64,000 bases of DNA. It comes from an uncultured delta proteobacterium. Lineage in GTDB: Bacteria; Desulfobacterota; RBG-13-43-22. A program made the translations under genes and the position numbers. The notes beneath the pieces were generated by a model. The model saw nothing but the letters and a program-made list of their open reading frames with translations. It was not told where the DNA came from and ran no database searches. The stretch is taken from NCBI GenBank assembly GCA_963743305.1, contig CAVUPH010000014.1, forward strand, positions 416,001-480,000. The letters are read 5' to 3'. This document shows, in pieces, positions 1-9,569 of this stretch; within the stretch, counting starts at the first letter, position 1; each line of letters begins with the position of its first letter.

Positions 1-149
1 ATTACCCGGGAGACGTTGGTGGCTCCGATATTCCTACTGCCCTGCCGCTGAAGATCTCCTTGACCAAAGAGACTTGATAAAATTACACCGGTCGGTATCG
101 CACCGATCAGGTAAGCGATTACAAATAACAAGGAAAGGTAGAGTATCAT
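1..149 (-). CDS. plsY: glycerol-3-phosphate acyltransferase PlsY (partial, runs off window start)
   Basis: Manual translation MILYLSLLFVIAYLIGAIPTGVILSSLFGQGDLQRQGSRNIGATNVSRV contains the PlsY motifs YLxGxIPxG and GSxNIGATN. Confidence 0.9.
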   Translation of the reverse strand, partial: MILYLSLLFVIAYLIGAIPTGVILSSLFGQGDLQRQGSRNIGATNVSRV

Positions 150-170
150 AAGGCCCTATGGTTATTAAGA

Positions 171-1082
171 TTATTTAATTAACTTGGATAGGGAGACGAT
201 TTCCACCCTGCTTTTGATGGAAGGGAGCTGCTCTCTCATCACCTGCAATAACAGAGGATAAGGATGGCCAGAGCCTACCGCGAACTCTCGGGTCCGGGCC
301 AAACGGATCAGTTTTTCAAATTGCTGCTGAATAGGCCCCACGGCGATTTCGTTATCCAGAAAGATATTTCTCTGGAGATATTTAACTCCTAAGTCTTCAG
401 CCAAAGAAGGAACCACCGATTGGGCGGTGGTAAGGCTGTCCAAGAAAAATAGATTTCTTTTCTTTAGGGATTCTAAAACTACCGTCATCTTTTCTCTGTT
501 CTCAGTAAAACGGGAGCCCATATGGTTATTAGCCCCCGGAACAAAAGGGAACTCTTTAAAATCATTATCGATAATATGACTGATCTCGGCGGCGCTCATA
601 GAAAGCAGCAGCGCCCCGGGACCGGGATTGGTTTTGGGGTAGTCAAGGGGTTCCATCGGTAAATGTAATATAATTTCCTTGCCCTTTTCCAAGGCTAAAA
701 GGGCCATTTCTTTGGCGTGAGGGGCCTGAGGCAAAAAGGAAAGCGTCAAAGGGGCTTGAAGATCGATAAATTCCTGGGCTATATGCCGATCATATCCTAA
801 GTCATCGATTACTATAGCTATTTTGTGTAGTTCGGGAATTGGTTTAACCGCGGTCTCCTGCTTCGAGAGGGGGGCTTGAGGGGCGAATATATCTTTGGGG
901 GGCTGCGGTTCCACGGCTTCGTAAGGAAGTTCAGGAACCTTCCTTGAAGTTTGATAGTTTTTCCAGAAATAATAACCTCCAATAGTGGAAAGAAGCAGGG
1001 TAAGCCCAAAAAGGAGAAGGATTCCCTGGTATAAGGGAATCCTTCTTTTTTTTTCGGGAGAGGTTTTGTTTTTCGGGGGCAC
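171..1082 (-). CDS. divergent polysaccharide deacetylase family protein (YibQ-like)
   Basis: N-terminal TM anchor; IAIVIDDLG, HLPMEP, NNHMGS and FLDS motifs; typical position downstream of ctpA. Confidence 0.9.
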   Translation of the reverse strand: MPPKNKTSPEKKRRIPLYQGILLLFGLTLLLSTIGGYYFWKNYQTSRKVPELPYEAVEPQPPKDIFAPQAPLSKQETAVKPIPELHKIAIVIDDLGYDRHIAQEFIDLQAPLTLSFLPQAPHAKEMALLALEKGKEIILHLPMEPLDYPKTNPGPGALLLSMSAAEISHIIDNDFKEFPFVPGANNHMGSRFTENREKMTVVLESLKKRNLFFLDSLTTAQSVVPSLAEDLGVKYLQRNIFLDNEIAVGPIQQQFEKLIRLARTREFAVGSGHPYPLLLQVMREQLPSIKSRVEIVSLSKLIK

Positions 1083-1090
1083 CGGGGGCT

Positions 1091-2434
1091 TTAAGGAGCA
1101 GCCGATTTAAATACCTGGGAAAACACACCCCAGCTTTTTAATAAGTGCAAAGCACTGGCCAATTGGGGGTCGTCAGCCTCTTCCTCGGCTGGGGTCTTTT
1201 TACTTTCCGGTGGAAGAATCTCTTTGCCATTAGCGGGAACTTTGGTCTTCACTTCTTCTTCCATATGCCGTTCCAGGTCTTTTTCCCGCAACATCCGTGG
1301 TTCCTTTTCCGTGGGTTCGCCCTTTTTCAGGGGCTTCCCTTTCACCAGGATATCCGGAATGATCCCCTTGGCCTGAATGGACCGGCCGTTGGGGGTGTAG
1401 TACCGCGCGGTGGTCAGTTTTAGGCCGGACCCGTCGTCCAGGGGAATGATTGTCTGGACCGAACCCTTGCCAAACGTGGGCGTACCTAAAATAATGGCCC
1501 TTTTTTGGTCTTGAAGTGCTCCGGCGACAATCTCGGAGGCGCTGGCGCTGCCCTCATTGACCAAGACCACCATCGGGTATTTTTGGGGGGTCTTATTAGG
1601 ATGCGCGTTGAACTTTAAGTTTTGATCTTTGAGTCGCCCTTGGGTATAGACAATCAATCCGGACTCCAGAAATTCATCGGCTATTTTCACCGCTTCGTTC
1701 AATAGCCCGCCCGGATCGTTTCGCAAGTCCAAAATCAATCCCTTTAATCCCCCCGGAGCGGCTTCCAACTTCTTTAAGGCCGCCTGGAAATCTTCGGTAG
1801 TTTTATCCTGAAAGGTGCTAATTCGGATATAACCAAAATTATCTTCCAAACTTTTGGATTTAACGCTCTTTATGGGGATGACTTCCCGGGTGATGCTATA
1901 CTTTTTGGTTTCTTTTTCGCCTTCGTGCAGGATGGTCAGATTAACTTTTGTTCCTCTTGTTCCCCGGATCAAACGGACCGCCTCGGTCAAGCTCATATTC
2001 TTGGAGGATTTTTCGTTGATTTGAAGAATTTTATCGCCGGCCCGCAATCCGGCCTTATCCGCCGGGGTTCCCTCAATGGGTGAAACCACGGTCAGGATGC
2101 CATCTTTCAAAGTGATTTCAATTCCGATGCCGCTGAAGATCCCGGTGGTTTCGATTTCCAGTTCTTTAAATTCCTCCGGGGTCAAAAAGGCCGAATGGGG
2201 GTCCAGGGTGTTGACCATCCCTTTGATGGCTCCATAAATGAGGTCCTTGGAGTCCTTTTCCTCCACATATTTTTTTTGAATTTCCGAAAGGGCTTCACCA
2301 AAAATCTTAATTTTCTGGAAGGTCTTGTCCGAGTCCGCGGCGATGGTCGGACCGCCCTGTTGGTCGATGAAGACGAAGAAAGTAAGGAGCACGAGAATCA
2401 GACTGGCATATTTAATTTTTGCCGTTTTAGACAT
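1091..2434 (-). CDS. ctpA: carboxyl-terminal processing protease, S41 family
   Basis: LDPHS, PDZ domain, DLRNDPGG, SASASEIVAGALQD, TFGKGSVQ. Confidence 0.95.
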   Translation of the reverse strand: MSKTAKIKYASLILVLLTFFVFIDQQGGPTIAADSDKTFQKIKIFGEALSEIQKKYVEEKDSKDLIYGAIKGMVNTLDPHSAFLTPEEFKELEIETTGIFSGIGIEITLKDGILTVVSPIEGTPADKAGLRAGDKILQINEKSSKNMSLTEAVRLIRGTRGTKVNLTILHEGEKETKKYSITREVIPIKSVKSKSLEDNFGYIRISTFQDKTTEDFQAALKKLEAAPGGLKGLILDLRNDPGGLLNEAVKIADEFLESGLIVYTQGRLKDQNLKFNAHPNKTPQKYPMVVLVNEGSASASEIVAGALQDQKRAIILGTPTFGKGSVQTIIPLDDGSGLKLTTARYYTPNGRSIQAKGIIPDILVKGKPLKKGEPTEKEPRMLREKDLERHMEEEVKTKVPANGKEILPPESKKTPAEEEADDPQLASALHLLKSWGVFSQVFKSAAP

Positions 2435-2470
2435 AAATCCCCCAGGAAATAAGATAAGGTTAAATTAAAT

Positions 2471-2630
2471 TTGACGGACTCACAAAAAGTTCGTCAACAG
2501 ACCGACGGCGATCAAGCCCCGGTCTGAGGTAGGGGTGGAACCATTGGAATTCACTTCCAATGGCGGGGGAGGGGAAGCCATCCCCCGCCGAGCAGAAAGT
2601 CGTTTTTTGGACTTTTTGCGAGGTTATCAA
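2471..2630. mobile_element. MITE-like 160-bp element with imperfect terminal inverted repeats
   Basis: Left end TTGACGGACTCACAAAAAGT versus right end ACTTTTTGCGAGGTTATCAA; internal hairpin GGCGGGGGA/TCCCCCGCC; intergenic, no ORF. Confidence 0.5.
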
Positions 2631-2632
2631 CT

Positions 2633-3988
2633 TTATTGATTTCCCATCGCCTTCTGCAGTCTGGCATCGCCAATCTGAAACCCATATAGGGCGCGGTAAT
2701 AATTCACTTTGGCCTGGGTCAGCAGAGTCTGGGCGTCAAACAATTCCAAGGTTGTGGCCACTTGCTCACGGAAGCGGACCTCACTGATTCGAAAGTTTTC
2801 TTCGGCCTGCTCGATAGCTTTGAGAGCCACGCCGATATTTTTTTCCGATTCTTTCAGGTTAATATAGGCTTCCTGCACTTCCAATTGAACGGAGTCCTGG
2901 ACCTGGGTTAAGGCGGCCTTCATCTGCTCCCGCTCCAAAATTTTTTCTTGAACCAGATAATGGGTCCGACCCCATTCCCAGAAATTCCACTTTATCCCGG
3001 CACTGATTTCAAAATTATCGGCATAGGTAAAATCGCTGCCGGAGACGTTGGGGGTGTCGCCCTCTTTCTTGTACCGACTTTGGAAATAGACCTGGGGGTA
3101 GTATTCACTCCGGGCTAATTGGATATTTTTTTGGGCTATCTCCAGTTGGGTATGCACTTCTTTTACTTCCGGACGTTTTTGCAGGGCCTCCTGCTGGCAT
3201 TCGCTCAATCTCTTTTCATAGGGTTCGTACTGCTGGATATCCTGAACCGACACCCGTTGCTCCAAAGGCAGTCGTAAAAGGGTGTTTAATTGAGATTGGC
3301 TCAATAAGACCAGATTTTCCGCCCGAACCAGCTTTTGCCGGGCATCGGCTAACTCGACTTCGGATTTCAACAAGTCATTTAAAGGGATCAGGCCCACTTG
3401 AAAAAAGTCCTGAGCGATGCGGACATTATCCACGATTTGAAGAACTGTTTGCTCGGCCACCAGTTTGAGTTGCTGGTTTCCCAGCAAGTTAAAATAGGTT
3501 TCCTTGACGCGCAGGGCCAATTGGAGTTGCTCCTGCTGAAATTTTATTTTTGAGAGATCCACTCCCAATTGGGCCAAGTCATAATTAGTAATCAGAGCCA
3601 GACCGGTAAAAATAGGCTGCTCCAAGGTGACATTGAAACTGTAATTGTCTTGGGTGCCAACGGCAAAGGTACTTTCCGGTATGGTAAACACACCAAAGTC
3701 CTGGGCCGGGATCTTGGCCTTGGCGGGATTGTCAATATAAGTATAATTATATTGACTAGTTAGCTTAGGAAAAAAACCGGTTTGCGCCCTTTTCTTTTTA
3801 TAGGCAGCCGATTCGATGGCTTCTTTGGAAGCTTGTAAAGTTGGACTGACCTCAAAAGCCCGGGCGATAGCCTCTGCCAGGGTCCAGGTTTTCAACGAGG
3901 TCTCCGAGGCCGGGGCGACTCCGGTCAAGCAGGCCAGGAGCAATCCCGGGATGAGGACTCGAAAAGACCATGTAATCAAAGGCAGCAT
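2633..3988 (-). CDS. TolC family outer membrane efflux protein
   Basis: Signal peptide and two OEP repeats (FFPKL...LEQPIFTG; YYPQV...WNFWEWG). Confidence 0.9.
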   Translation of the reverse strand: MLPLITWSFRVLIPGLLLACLTGVAPASETSLKTWTLAEAIARAFEVSPTLQASKEAIESAAYKKKRAQTGFFPKLTSQYNYTYIDNPAKAKIPAQDFGVFTIPESTFAVGTQDNYSFNVTLEQPIFTGLALITNYDLAQLGVDLSKIKFQQEQLQLALRVKETYFNLLGNQQLKLVAEQTVLQIVDNVRIAQDFFQVGLIPLNDLLKSEVELADARQKLVRAENLVLLSQSQLNTLLRLPLEQRVSVQDIQQYEPYEKRLSECQQEALQKRPEVKEVHTQLEIAQKNIQLARSEYYPQVYFQSRYKKEGDTPNVSGSDFTYADNFEISAGIKWNFWEWGRTHYLVQEKILEREQMKAALTQVQDSVQLEVQEAYINLKESEKNIGVALKAIEQAEENFRISEVRFREQVATTLELFDAQTLLTQAKVNYYRALYGFQIGDARLQKAMGNQ

Positions 3989-4122
3989 AAATCCAGGATC
4001 GTTTTTCTATTTATAATTAAAAAAGCATTATAATCCGAATCAGGTTAAGTCAAGTGAAAAAGCAGGGAATATCTTTATTTAATTAAAATAGTTGTCGAGG
4101 ACTTAGCCGGTGGGGGAAAAGT

Positions 4123-4150
4123 GGGGAACCTTGTCGAGACAGGGTTCCTC
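4123..4150 (-). terminator. probable intrinsic terminator after lsrF-like gene
   Basis: Hairpin GGGGAACCTTGT/ACAGGGTTCCTC just past the stop codon, short T run on the minus strand. Confidence 0.45.
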
Positions 4151-4188
4151 ACCGTTTGAACCAGCGGTATCTGAGAGAGATCCGGTGA

Positions 4189-4974
4189 TTAACCCGAATG
4201 CTTCACCGTATTAAACAATTCCAGGGCTTGCCGGGGGGTCGCTTTTTCGTGGACTACGGCCCGAACGGCCTGGATCATGGCCTTGGGATTCTCGGATTGA
4301 AAGATGTTCCGCCCCATGTCCACGCCCACGGCCCCCCGTTGCACGGCATTGTAGGCCAACTCCAGGGCCTCGGGTTCAGGCAGTTTCTTACCACCGGCGA
4401 TCACCACCGGGACCGGGCAACTGTTGACCAGTTTGTCGAAATCTTCACAATAATATGTTTTTATCAAATGCGCTCCCAGTTCAGCAGCTATTCGCGAAGC
4501 CAGGCTTAAGTAGCGGACATCCCTGCCCATTTCCTTGCCGACGGCCGTGACGGCCAAAATGGGAATGCCGTATTTTTCCCCTTCATTAATCAGGTTGGAC
4601 AAGGAGACCAAGGTCTGTTTTTCATATTCCGCACCGATAAAAATGGACAGGGCCAGTCCGGAAGCATTCAGCCGGATGGCGTCTTCCATAGATAGGGTGA
4701 TTTCTTCATTGGACAGCTCTTTCAGGACACTGGAGCCTCCCGAGACCCTCAGGACGATCGGGACCTGGACTTCCTCGGGGATCGAACTCCTTAACATCCC
4801 CCGGTTAAGCATCAGGCAATCCGCATAGGGAATCAACGGAACAATGGTTTCACCGGGCTTTTCCAGGCCTGAAGTAGGCCCTAAAAAATAACCATGATCC
4901 ACGGCCAGCATCACGGTCCGGCCGGTATCCGGTTTGATAATCTTCGCTAAACGATTTTTCATGCCCCAATCCAC
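4189..4974 (-). CDS. lsrF: LsrF-like class I aldolase/thiolase (DeoC/FbaB family)
   Basis: MDWGMKNRL, LAVDHGYFLGPT, IKTYY, AGGKK, GVDMGRNIFQ. Confidence 0.85.
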   Translation of the reverse strand: MDWGMKNRLAKIIKPDTGRTVMLAVDHGYFLGPTSGLEKPGETIVPLIPYADCLMLNRGMLRSSIPEEVQVPIVLRVSGGSSVLKELSNEEITLSMEDAIRLNASGLALSIFIGAEYEKQTLVSLSNLINEGEKYGIPILAVTAVGKEMGRDVRYLSLASRIAAELGAHLIKTYYCEDFDKLVNSCPVPVVIAGGKKLPEPEALELAYNAVQRGAVGVDMGRNIFQSENPKAMIQAVRAVVHEKATPRQALELFNTVKHSG

Positions 4975-5115
4975 GATAATTTTCCTCCTTCCGAGTCTGA
5001 TATATTGATCAAATGAACGACAGACTAATGTCCGGGACAGCCCGGATTTTGACTGAAATTACTTAGGTATCTATACAATTTAACAGCGCCGCCCCTATAA
5101 AACAAGGGATTTTTG

Positions 5116-6144
5116 TCACTTTTGCGGAGCGATGATGACTTTTAGGGAGGTATCGCCTTCGGCCACTAAACGAAACCCCTCCTGGGTCTGGGCTAAAGGG
5201 TAGCGGTGGGTGATCAACCGGTCCAGATCCAGGATGCCGGTCTGGATGAGTTGACTGGCCCGCCAGTGGTCTGCCGGGCTGCCGGCGTAAGAGGTGGTCA
5301 GGGTGATGTCGTTTCGGAAAAAAAGATCGTTGATGGACAAAGGGATGGTCACCCCCTGGTCGGTGGGGGCAAAAAAAAGAACCGTTCCTCCCCGTTCCAC
5401 GGAGGCCAAGGCCTGAAGCTGGGCTTGCCGGGCCCCGGTGCAGACCAGAACTCGGTCGGCCAAAAGACCGCCGTTAACTTCCTGAAGCAAGGATGGTATG
5501 AAGTGGTCGGCGGGGAAAACGAAATCGGCCCCCAGTCGGCGGGCCGCCTCCAGACGGAAGGAACTGAGATCGGTGGCCACAATCCGGCCGGCCCCCAAGG
5601 ATCGGGCCAGTTGAATATGAAGCAAACCGGCCAGGCCGCTCCCCAGGACCAGGACCGTCTGCCCGGGACTGATCCGGGCGATCTGCTGGGCCCTAAGCAC
5701 GCAGGCCAGGGGCTCGATGAAGGTGGCGGCTTCATAGGACAGGTCCTCCGGCAGAGGGTAGATCCCGCGGTCCACATTGATGGCCGGAAGACGGACGAAT
5801 TCGGCAAACCCTCCGGGATAGAAGTTGGTTCGGCGCAGGGTCTCACAAACGGTCGGATGGCCGCTCAGGCAATAATGACAGGTGTTACAGGGCACGTGAT
5901 GGGAGGCGGCCACCCGGTCCCCGGGGCGGTATTTCTCGACCTGGGCCCCCACCTCCACAATTTCGCCGCCGATTTCATGGCCCAGGACCAGGGGGGCCTT
6001 GTGAATTCGATACCATTCCATCACGTCGCTGCCGCAGATCCCGCTGGCTTCAATGCGTATCAGGACCTCCTCGGGCCCGATTTCCGGCCGGGGCAGCTCT
6101 TCGATCCGGATGTCCCGGTTGTTATAGTACATGGCTACACGCAT
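5116..6144 (-). CDS. Zn-dependent alcohol/polyol dehydrogenase (MDR family)
   Basis: GICGSD, GHE, structural Zn motif CNTCHYC...C, GSGLAG Rossmann motif. Confidence 0.9.
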   Translation of the reverse strand: MRVAMYYNNRDIRIEELPRPEIGPEEVLIRIEASGICGSDVMEWYRIHKAPLVLGHEIGGEIVEVGAQVEKYRPGDRVAASHHVPCNTCHYCLSGHPTVCETLRRTNFYPGGFAEFVRLPAINVDRGIYPLPEDLSYEAATFIEPLACVLRAQQIARISPGQTVLVLGSGLAGLLHIQLARSLGAGRIVATDLSSFRLEAARRLGADFVFPADHFIPSLLQEVNGGLLADRVLVCTGARQAQLQALASVERGGTVLFFAPTDQGVTIPLSINDLFFRNDITLTTSYAGSPADHWRASQLIQTGILDLDRLITHRYPLAQTQEGFRLVAEGDTSLKVIIAPQK

Positions 6145-6275
6145 ACCTGACTCCTGAAACCCTTCCGAGGGGAGGGAAAGGGGAATTTAATTTTTTCCCA
6201 TATTACGAGATGGAGGGCGATAATATCCAGAAAAAAGAAAGACCTTCAAGAGGACTGAAGAAGGATTAAGCGGCG

Positions 6276-6599
6276 ATGAAGAAAGACAAGAATATCAAAA
6301 GCTATACGGCGGCAGAGCTTAAAGTCAAACGTGCGGAAAGCCACACCGATTTGAACAAGCTTGACGCCATGACGGATGCAAAACTGGAACGGCTGATCGC
6401 CGAGGACGAAGACGAGCGCGGTATTCGGCCCGACTGGACGCAGGCAAGACTCATTTTACCACAAGCCAAGCAATCCGTACACTTACGCCTTGAACAAGAC
6501 ATTATTAGGTACTTTAAGGCGTAGAGGAAGGGGCATATTTCCCGAATGCAAGCCGTTCTCAAGGCTTATGTCGATGCCCACCGGCCACACGTCAAGTGA
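6276..6599 (+). pseudogene. BrnA family antitoxin interrupted by in-frame TAG
   Basis: ...KQSVHLRLEQDIIRYFKA*RKGHISRMQAVLKAYVDAH...; BrnA-like RHH C-terminus continues in frame past TAG 6522-6524. Confidence 0.7.
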
Positions 6600-6619
6600 G
6601 GGAAGGTCGAAAACACGCC

Positions 6620-6709
6620 ATGACCATGAAGAACCCCCCCCATCCGGGCGAGATTATCCGGGACTTGTGCATCAAACCACTTTATGACTCAAACAGGCCC
6701 CAGATTTGA
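6620..6709 (+). pseudogene. HigA/VapI family antitoxin N-terminal remnant
   Basis: MTMKNPPHPGEIIRDLCIKPL is a HigA-like N-terminus; similarity then ends and a stop follows. Confidence 0.65.
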
Positions 6710-6922
6710 GCGGCTAATGCCGAAGGTTGCTTAAGCCCATCAATGACCGACCTCAAGACCATTCCTTGAAAACCTGGGGCGGAACGGGAGGGTTGGTTCG
6801 AGTTATCCGGGAAATGATCGAGGCCCTGACTTCTTTTATAAGGTCCGATCGGGGAGGGGACATGGGGAACCTCCCGAGAGCCCTCCCCCCGATACCCTGA
6901 GGGGAGGGCCATTGAAAGATTT

Positions 6923-8344
6923 CTAGGAAAGAACTTCCCCCGGTTTTTCTTCCAACCCGTATTTCCATTTTAAAAACTGCTCGCCGGTGGTGGGATAGAG
7001 GGCATAAATGAGCAGGTCAAAATCGTCCTTGGCCAGGTCCCCGATTTTTTTACGGGCCTCTTCCAGTTCCGGTTCCAGGTAGTCGGCCGCCCGCCCGGTA
7101 ACCGGGGTCTGGCCCCGCTTGTAGTTTTTAAGCACCAATTTCTGCACTTCAGGGTCAATGGGGGTGGGGGTCTTACCATAGAGGCCGTAGACCAGATCCT
7201 TGACCTGATTGGTGACCACCTTGTATTTCCCCAAAAGGACATTCAGGACGGCCTGCACTCCCACGATCTGGGAGGTGGGAGTGACCAGGGGCGGCGTGCC
7301 TAATTCCTTCCGTGTTTTTGGGACCTCAGCATAGACCTCGTTCAGGCGATCCAGGGCCTTGGCCTCTTTTAATTGGCTGACCAGGTTGGAGATCATACCG
7401 CCCGGGACCTGGTGGACCAGGACCGCCGTGTCGATCACCGACATGCGGTTGGTGGCCAGGTATTCTTTATATTTAGGAGCAATGGTTTCCAGATATTCAC
7501 CCATCTCGAGCAGGGCATTCAAGTTCAATCCGGGATCCCGGGGGGTTCCTGCCAGCGTGGCCACAATGGGTTCAATGGCCGGCTGGGAAGTCCTTAAAGC
7601 AAAAGGGGCCAGGCAGGTATCGATGATATCGACACCGGCTTCAATGGCCTTGAGATAGGTCATGGAGGCCATGCCGCTGGTATAATGGGTGTGCAAATGG
7701 ATGGGGATGGTGATGTTCTTTTTGAGCTCGGAAATCAACCAGGCGATATCGTAAGGAGCCATAATGCCGGCCATGTCCTTGATGCAGAGGGTGTCGGCGC
7801 CCATCGCTTCCAGCTCCTTGGCCTTATTCACGTAATAGTCCATGTTGAAGACCGGACCGCCCAAGGTTTTTTCCGTCAGGGAATAACAGATGGCCGCCTG
7901 AAAATGCTTGCCGTTGGCCTTGATCCGCTCCACACAGGTCTCGAAGTTTCGAAAATCATTCAAGGCGTCGAATACCCGGAAAATATCCATGCCGGCTTCA
8001 CAGGTTTTGTCCACGAAGAGACGGCAGACATCATCGGCGTAGTTGCGGTATCCCACTAAATTTTGTCCCCGCAGGAGCATGGTCAGAGGGGTCTTCTTAA
8101 TATGCTTTTTTAGGGTACGCAACCGGTCAAAGGGATCTTCGGCCAAGAAGCGGTGCATGGTGTCAAAGGTCGCACCGCCCCAGACTTCCATGGCCCAAAA
8201 GCCCATTTCATCCATCCGTTCGGCGATAGGCAGCATGTCTTCGAGACGCATTCGGGTAGCCAGCAAAGACTGGTGGCCGTCCCGCAGGGTGTTGTCCTGA
8301 ATTTTAATCGGGTTCTTCGGCCCATCCATAAACATATGATTCAT
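6923..8344 (-). CDS. pyruvate carboxylase subunit B / oxaloacetate decarboxylase alpha carboxyltransferase (no biotin domain)
   Basis: RDGHQSLLATR, EVWGGATFD, KDMAG, HTHYTSG, LVTPTSQIVG. Confidence 0.9.
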   Translation of the reverse strand: MNHMFMDGPKNPIKIQDNTLRDGHQSLLATRMRLEDMLPIAERMDEMGFWAMEVWGGATFDTMHRFLAEDPFDRLRTLKKHIKKTPLTMLLRGQNLVGYRNYADDVCRLFVDKTCEAGMDIFRVFDALNDFRNFETCVERIKANGKHFQAAICYSLTEKTLGGPVFNMDYYVNKAKELEAMGADTLCIKDMAGIMAPYDIAWLISELKKNITIPIHLHTHYTSGMASMTYLKAIEAGVDIIDTCLAPFALRTSQPAIEPIVATLAGTPRDPGLNLNALLEMGEYLETIAPKYKEYLATNRMSVIDTAVLVHQVPGGMISNLVSQLKEAKALDRLNEVYAEVPKTRKELGTPPLVTPTSQIVGVQAVLNVLLGKYKVVTNQVKDLVYGLYGKTPTPIDPEVQKLVLKNYKRGQTPVTGRAADYLEPELEEARKKIGDLAKDDFDLLIYALYPTTGEQFLKWKYGLEEKPGEVLS

Positions 8345-8594
8345 TCCAATATCCCCCTTTACAAAAGGTTATCTATCCGCGAATTCCCCGATTCGCCGGT
8401 TAATCTAAATTTACTTTAAAAAAAGAATGGCGTCAAGAAAGGGATTAATTTCATTTTTGATATGTCTTTTTCAGATGACACCTCAGACATTTCAGGTTTC
8501 AACTCCCGATCACGGCCAAGAGACTTATAATCCGCCAAGTTCTTAACTTATTATTATCAGAAGAAATTTAAGCAAAATGAGCTTCCAGCGAATG

Positions 8595-8609
8595 TGGCAT
8601 AGATATTGC
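8595..8609 (+). promoter_or_regulatory. sigma54 -24/-12 promoter of usp-TauE operon
   Basis: TGGCAT-AGATA-TTGC, GG-N10-GC spacing, 60 bp upstream of the ATG. Confidence 0.75.
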
Positions 8610-8668
8610 CAATGAATAAGGTGTTCAAATATTTCGGGTAAGCTAATCCTAGCAAAAGGAGGTCTTAT

Positions 8669-9082
8669 ATGAAAGTACTCGTGGCAACCGACGGCTCGGA
8701 ACATTCGATGAAGGCCGTTCAAAAAGCCCTGGAGATGGCCCAGAAGGAAGGGGTACTGGTCACCCTCATGTCCGTGGCCTATTTCTCCAAAGATGACTTC
8801 GATGACATGCCACCCAATATCCAGGACAAGTTGGAAGCCCAGGCGGCCTCGGCCTTAAAGAAAGCCAAGTCGGTCTTTGAGGCGCAAAAGATCCCCGTGG
8901 AAGCGGTGCTTGAAGCCGGGGTGGTGCCGGCCAATAACATCCTCAAGCGGGCCCAGGAAGGCCAGTATGATCTTCTGCTGATCGGCAGCACCGGGGTGTC
9001 CGGGATCAAACTGGCGCTCATGGGCAGCACGGCGGCCAAGGTGGTGGCTCAGGCCCCGTGCAGCGTCATGGTTATCCGCTGA
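8669..9082 (+). CDS. universal stress protein
   Basis: MKVLVATDGS...IGSTG...MGSTAAKVV...PCSV; GGAGG RBS. Confidence 0.92.
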   Translation: MKVLVATDGSEHSMKAVQKALEMAQKEGVLVTLMSVAYFSKDDFDDMPPNIQDKLEAQAASALKKAKSVFEAQKIPVEAVLEAGVVPANNILKRAQEGQYDLLLIGSTGVSGIKLALMGSTAAKVVAQAPCSVMVIR

Positions 9083-9182
9083 TTTTTTCCGGGGAGGTGA
9101 TTTCAACCCTCGACGGACGTTGGACGGTACTAAGGATTTAGTAATTCGTATGGAAATAAATAATAGACAATGGAGGATAACG

Positions 9183-9476
9183 ATGAAGATTTGGACAAAG
9201 ATCACCACTCTTATCACCGGTTTGCTTTTATTTTTTCCGGCTATGGTCCTGGCGTCAGGGCCCAAGGCAGCCAACCTGGTCATCGTGGCCGATACCCGGA
9301 AGTTCACCGGCTGGGAGGCCTGGTGGACCAATCTTTATAATGAAAGCCATTTGTATTTTACGCTGCTCACGGTGGCCATCATCCCCCTGGTGGGAGTGAT
9401 TTTTGGGACCATCGCCGACCTGGTCATGAGTCGTATCGGTCTCGACTTGAAGTCCAGGGAATTAGCCGAACATTAA
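9183..9476 (+). CDS. small membrane protein (DVU0150-like) preceding TauE
   Basis: Signal peptide, IVADTR...W..LYNESH motif, one TM helix; GGAGG RBS before ATG 9183. Confidence 0.7.
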   Translation: MKIWTKITTLITGLLLFFPAMVLASGPKAANLVIVADTRKFTGWEAWWTNLYNESHLYFTLLTVAIIPLVGVIFGTIADLVMSRIGLDLKSRELAEH

Positions 9477-9569
9477 TTGATTTCCCCTTCAGCCTCCGGC
9501 TCTCGGCGGAGATGGGGGAAGCGTTTTAGTCGAACGGGTTAATAATTCTAATTTTAGGAGGTCACACTT

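Noticed and set aside
6522-6524. In-frame TAG in BrnA as possible pyrrolysine
   Set aside because: No Pyl context; the position is non-catalytic and a CAG-to-TAG nonsense change is simpler; the neighbour is also a remnant
6682-6968. ORFs extending the carboxylase C-terminus via a frameshift
   Set aside because: Translations are low-complexity, with no biotin-carrier or other recognisable domain
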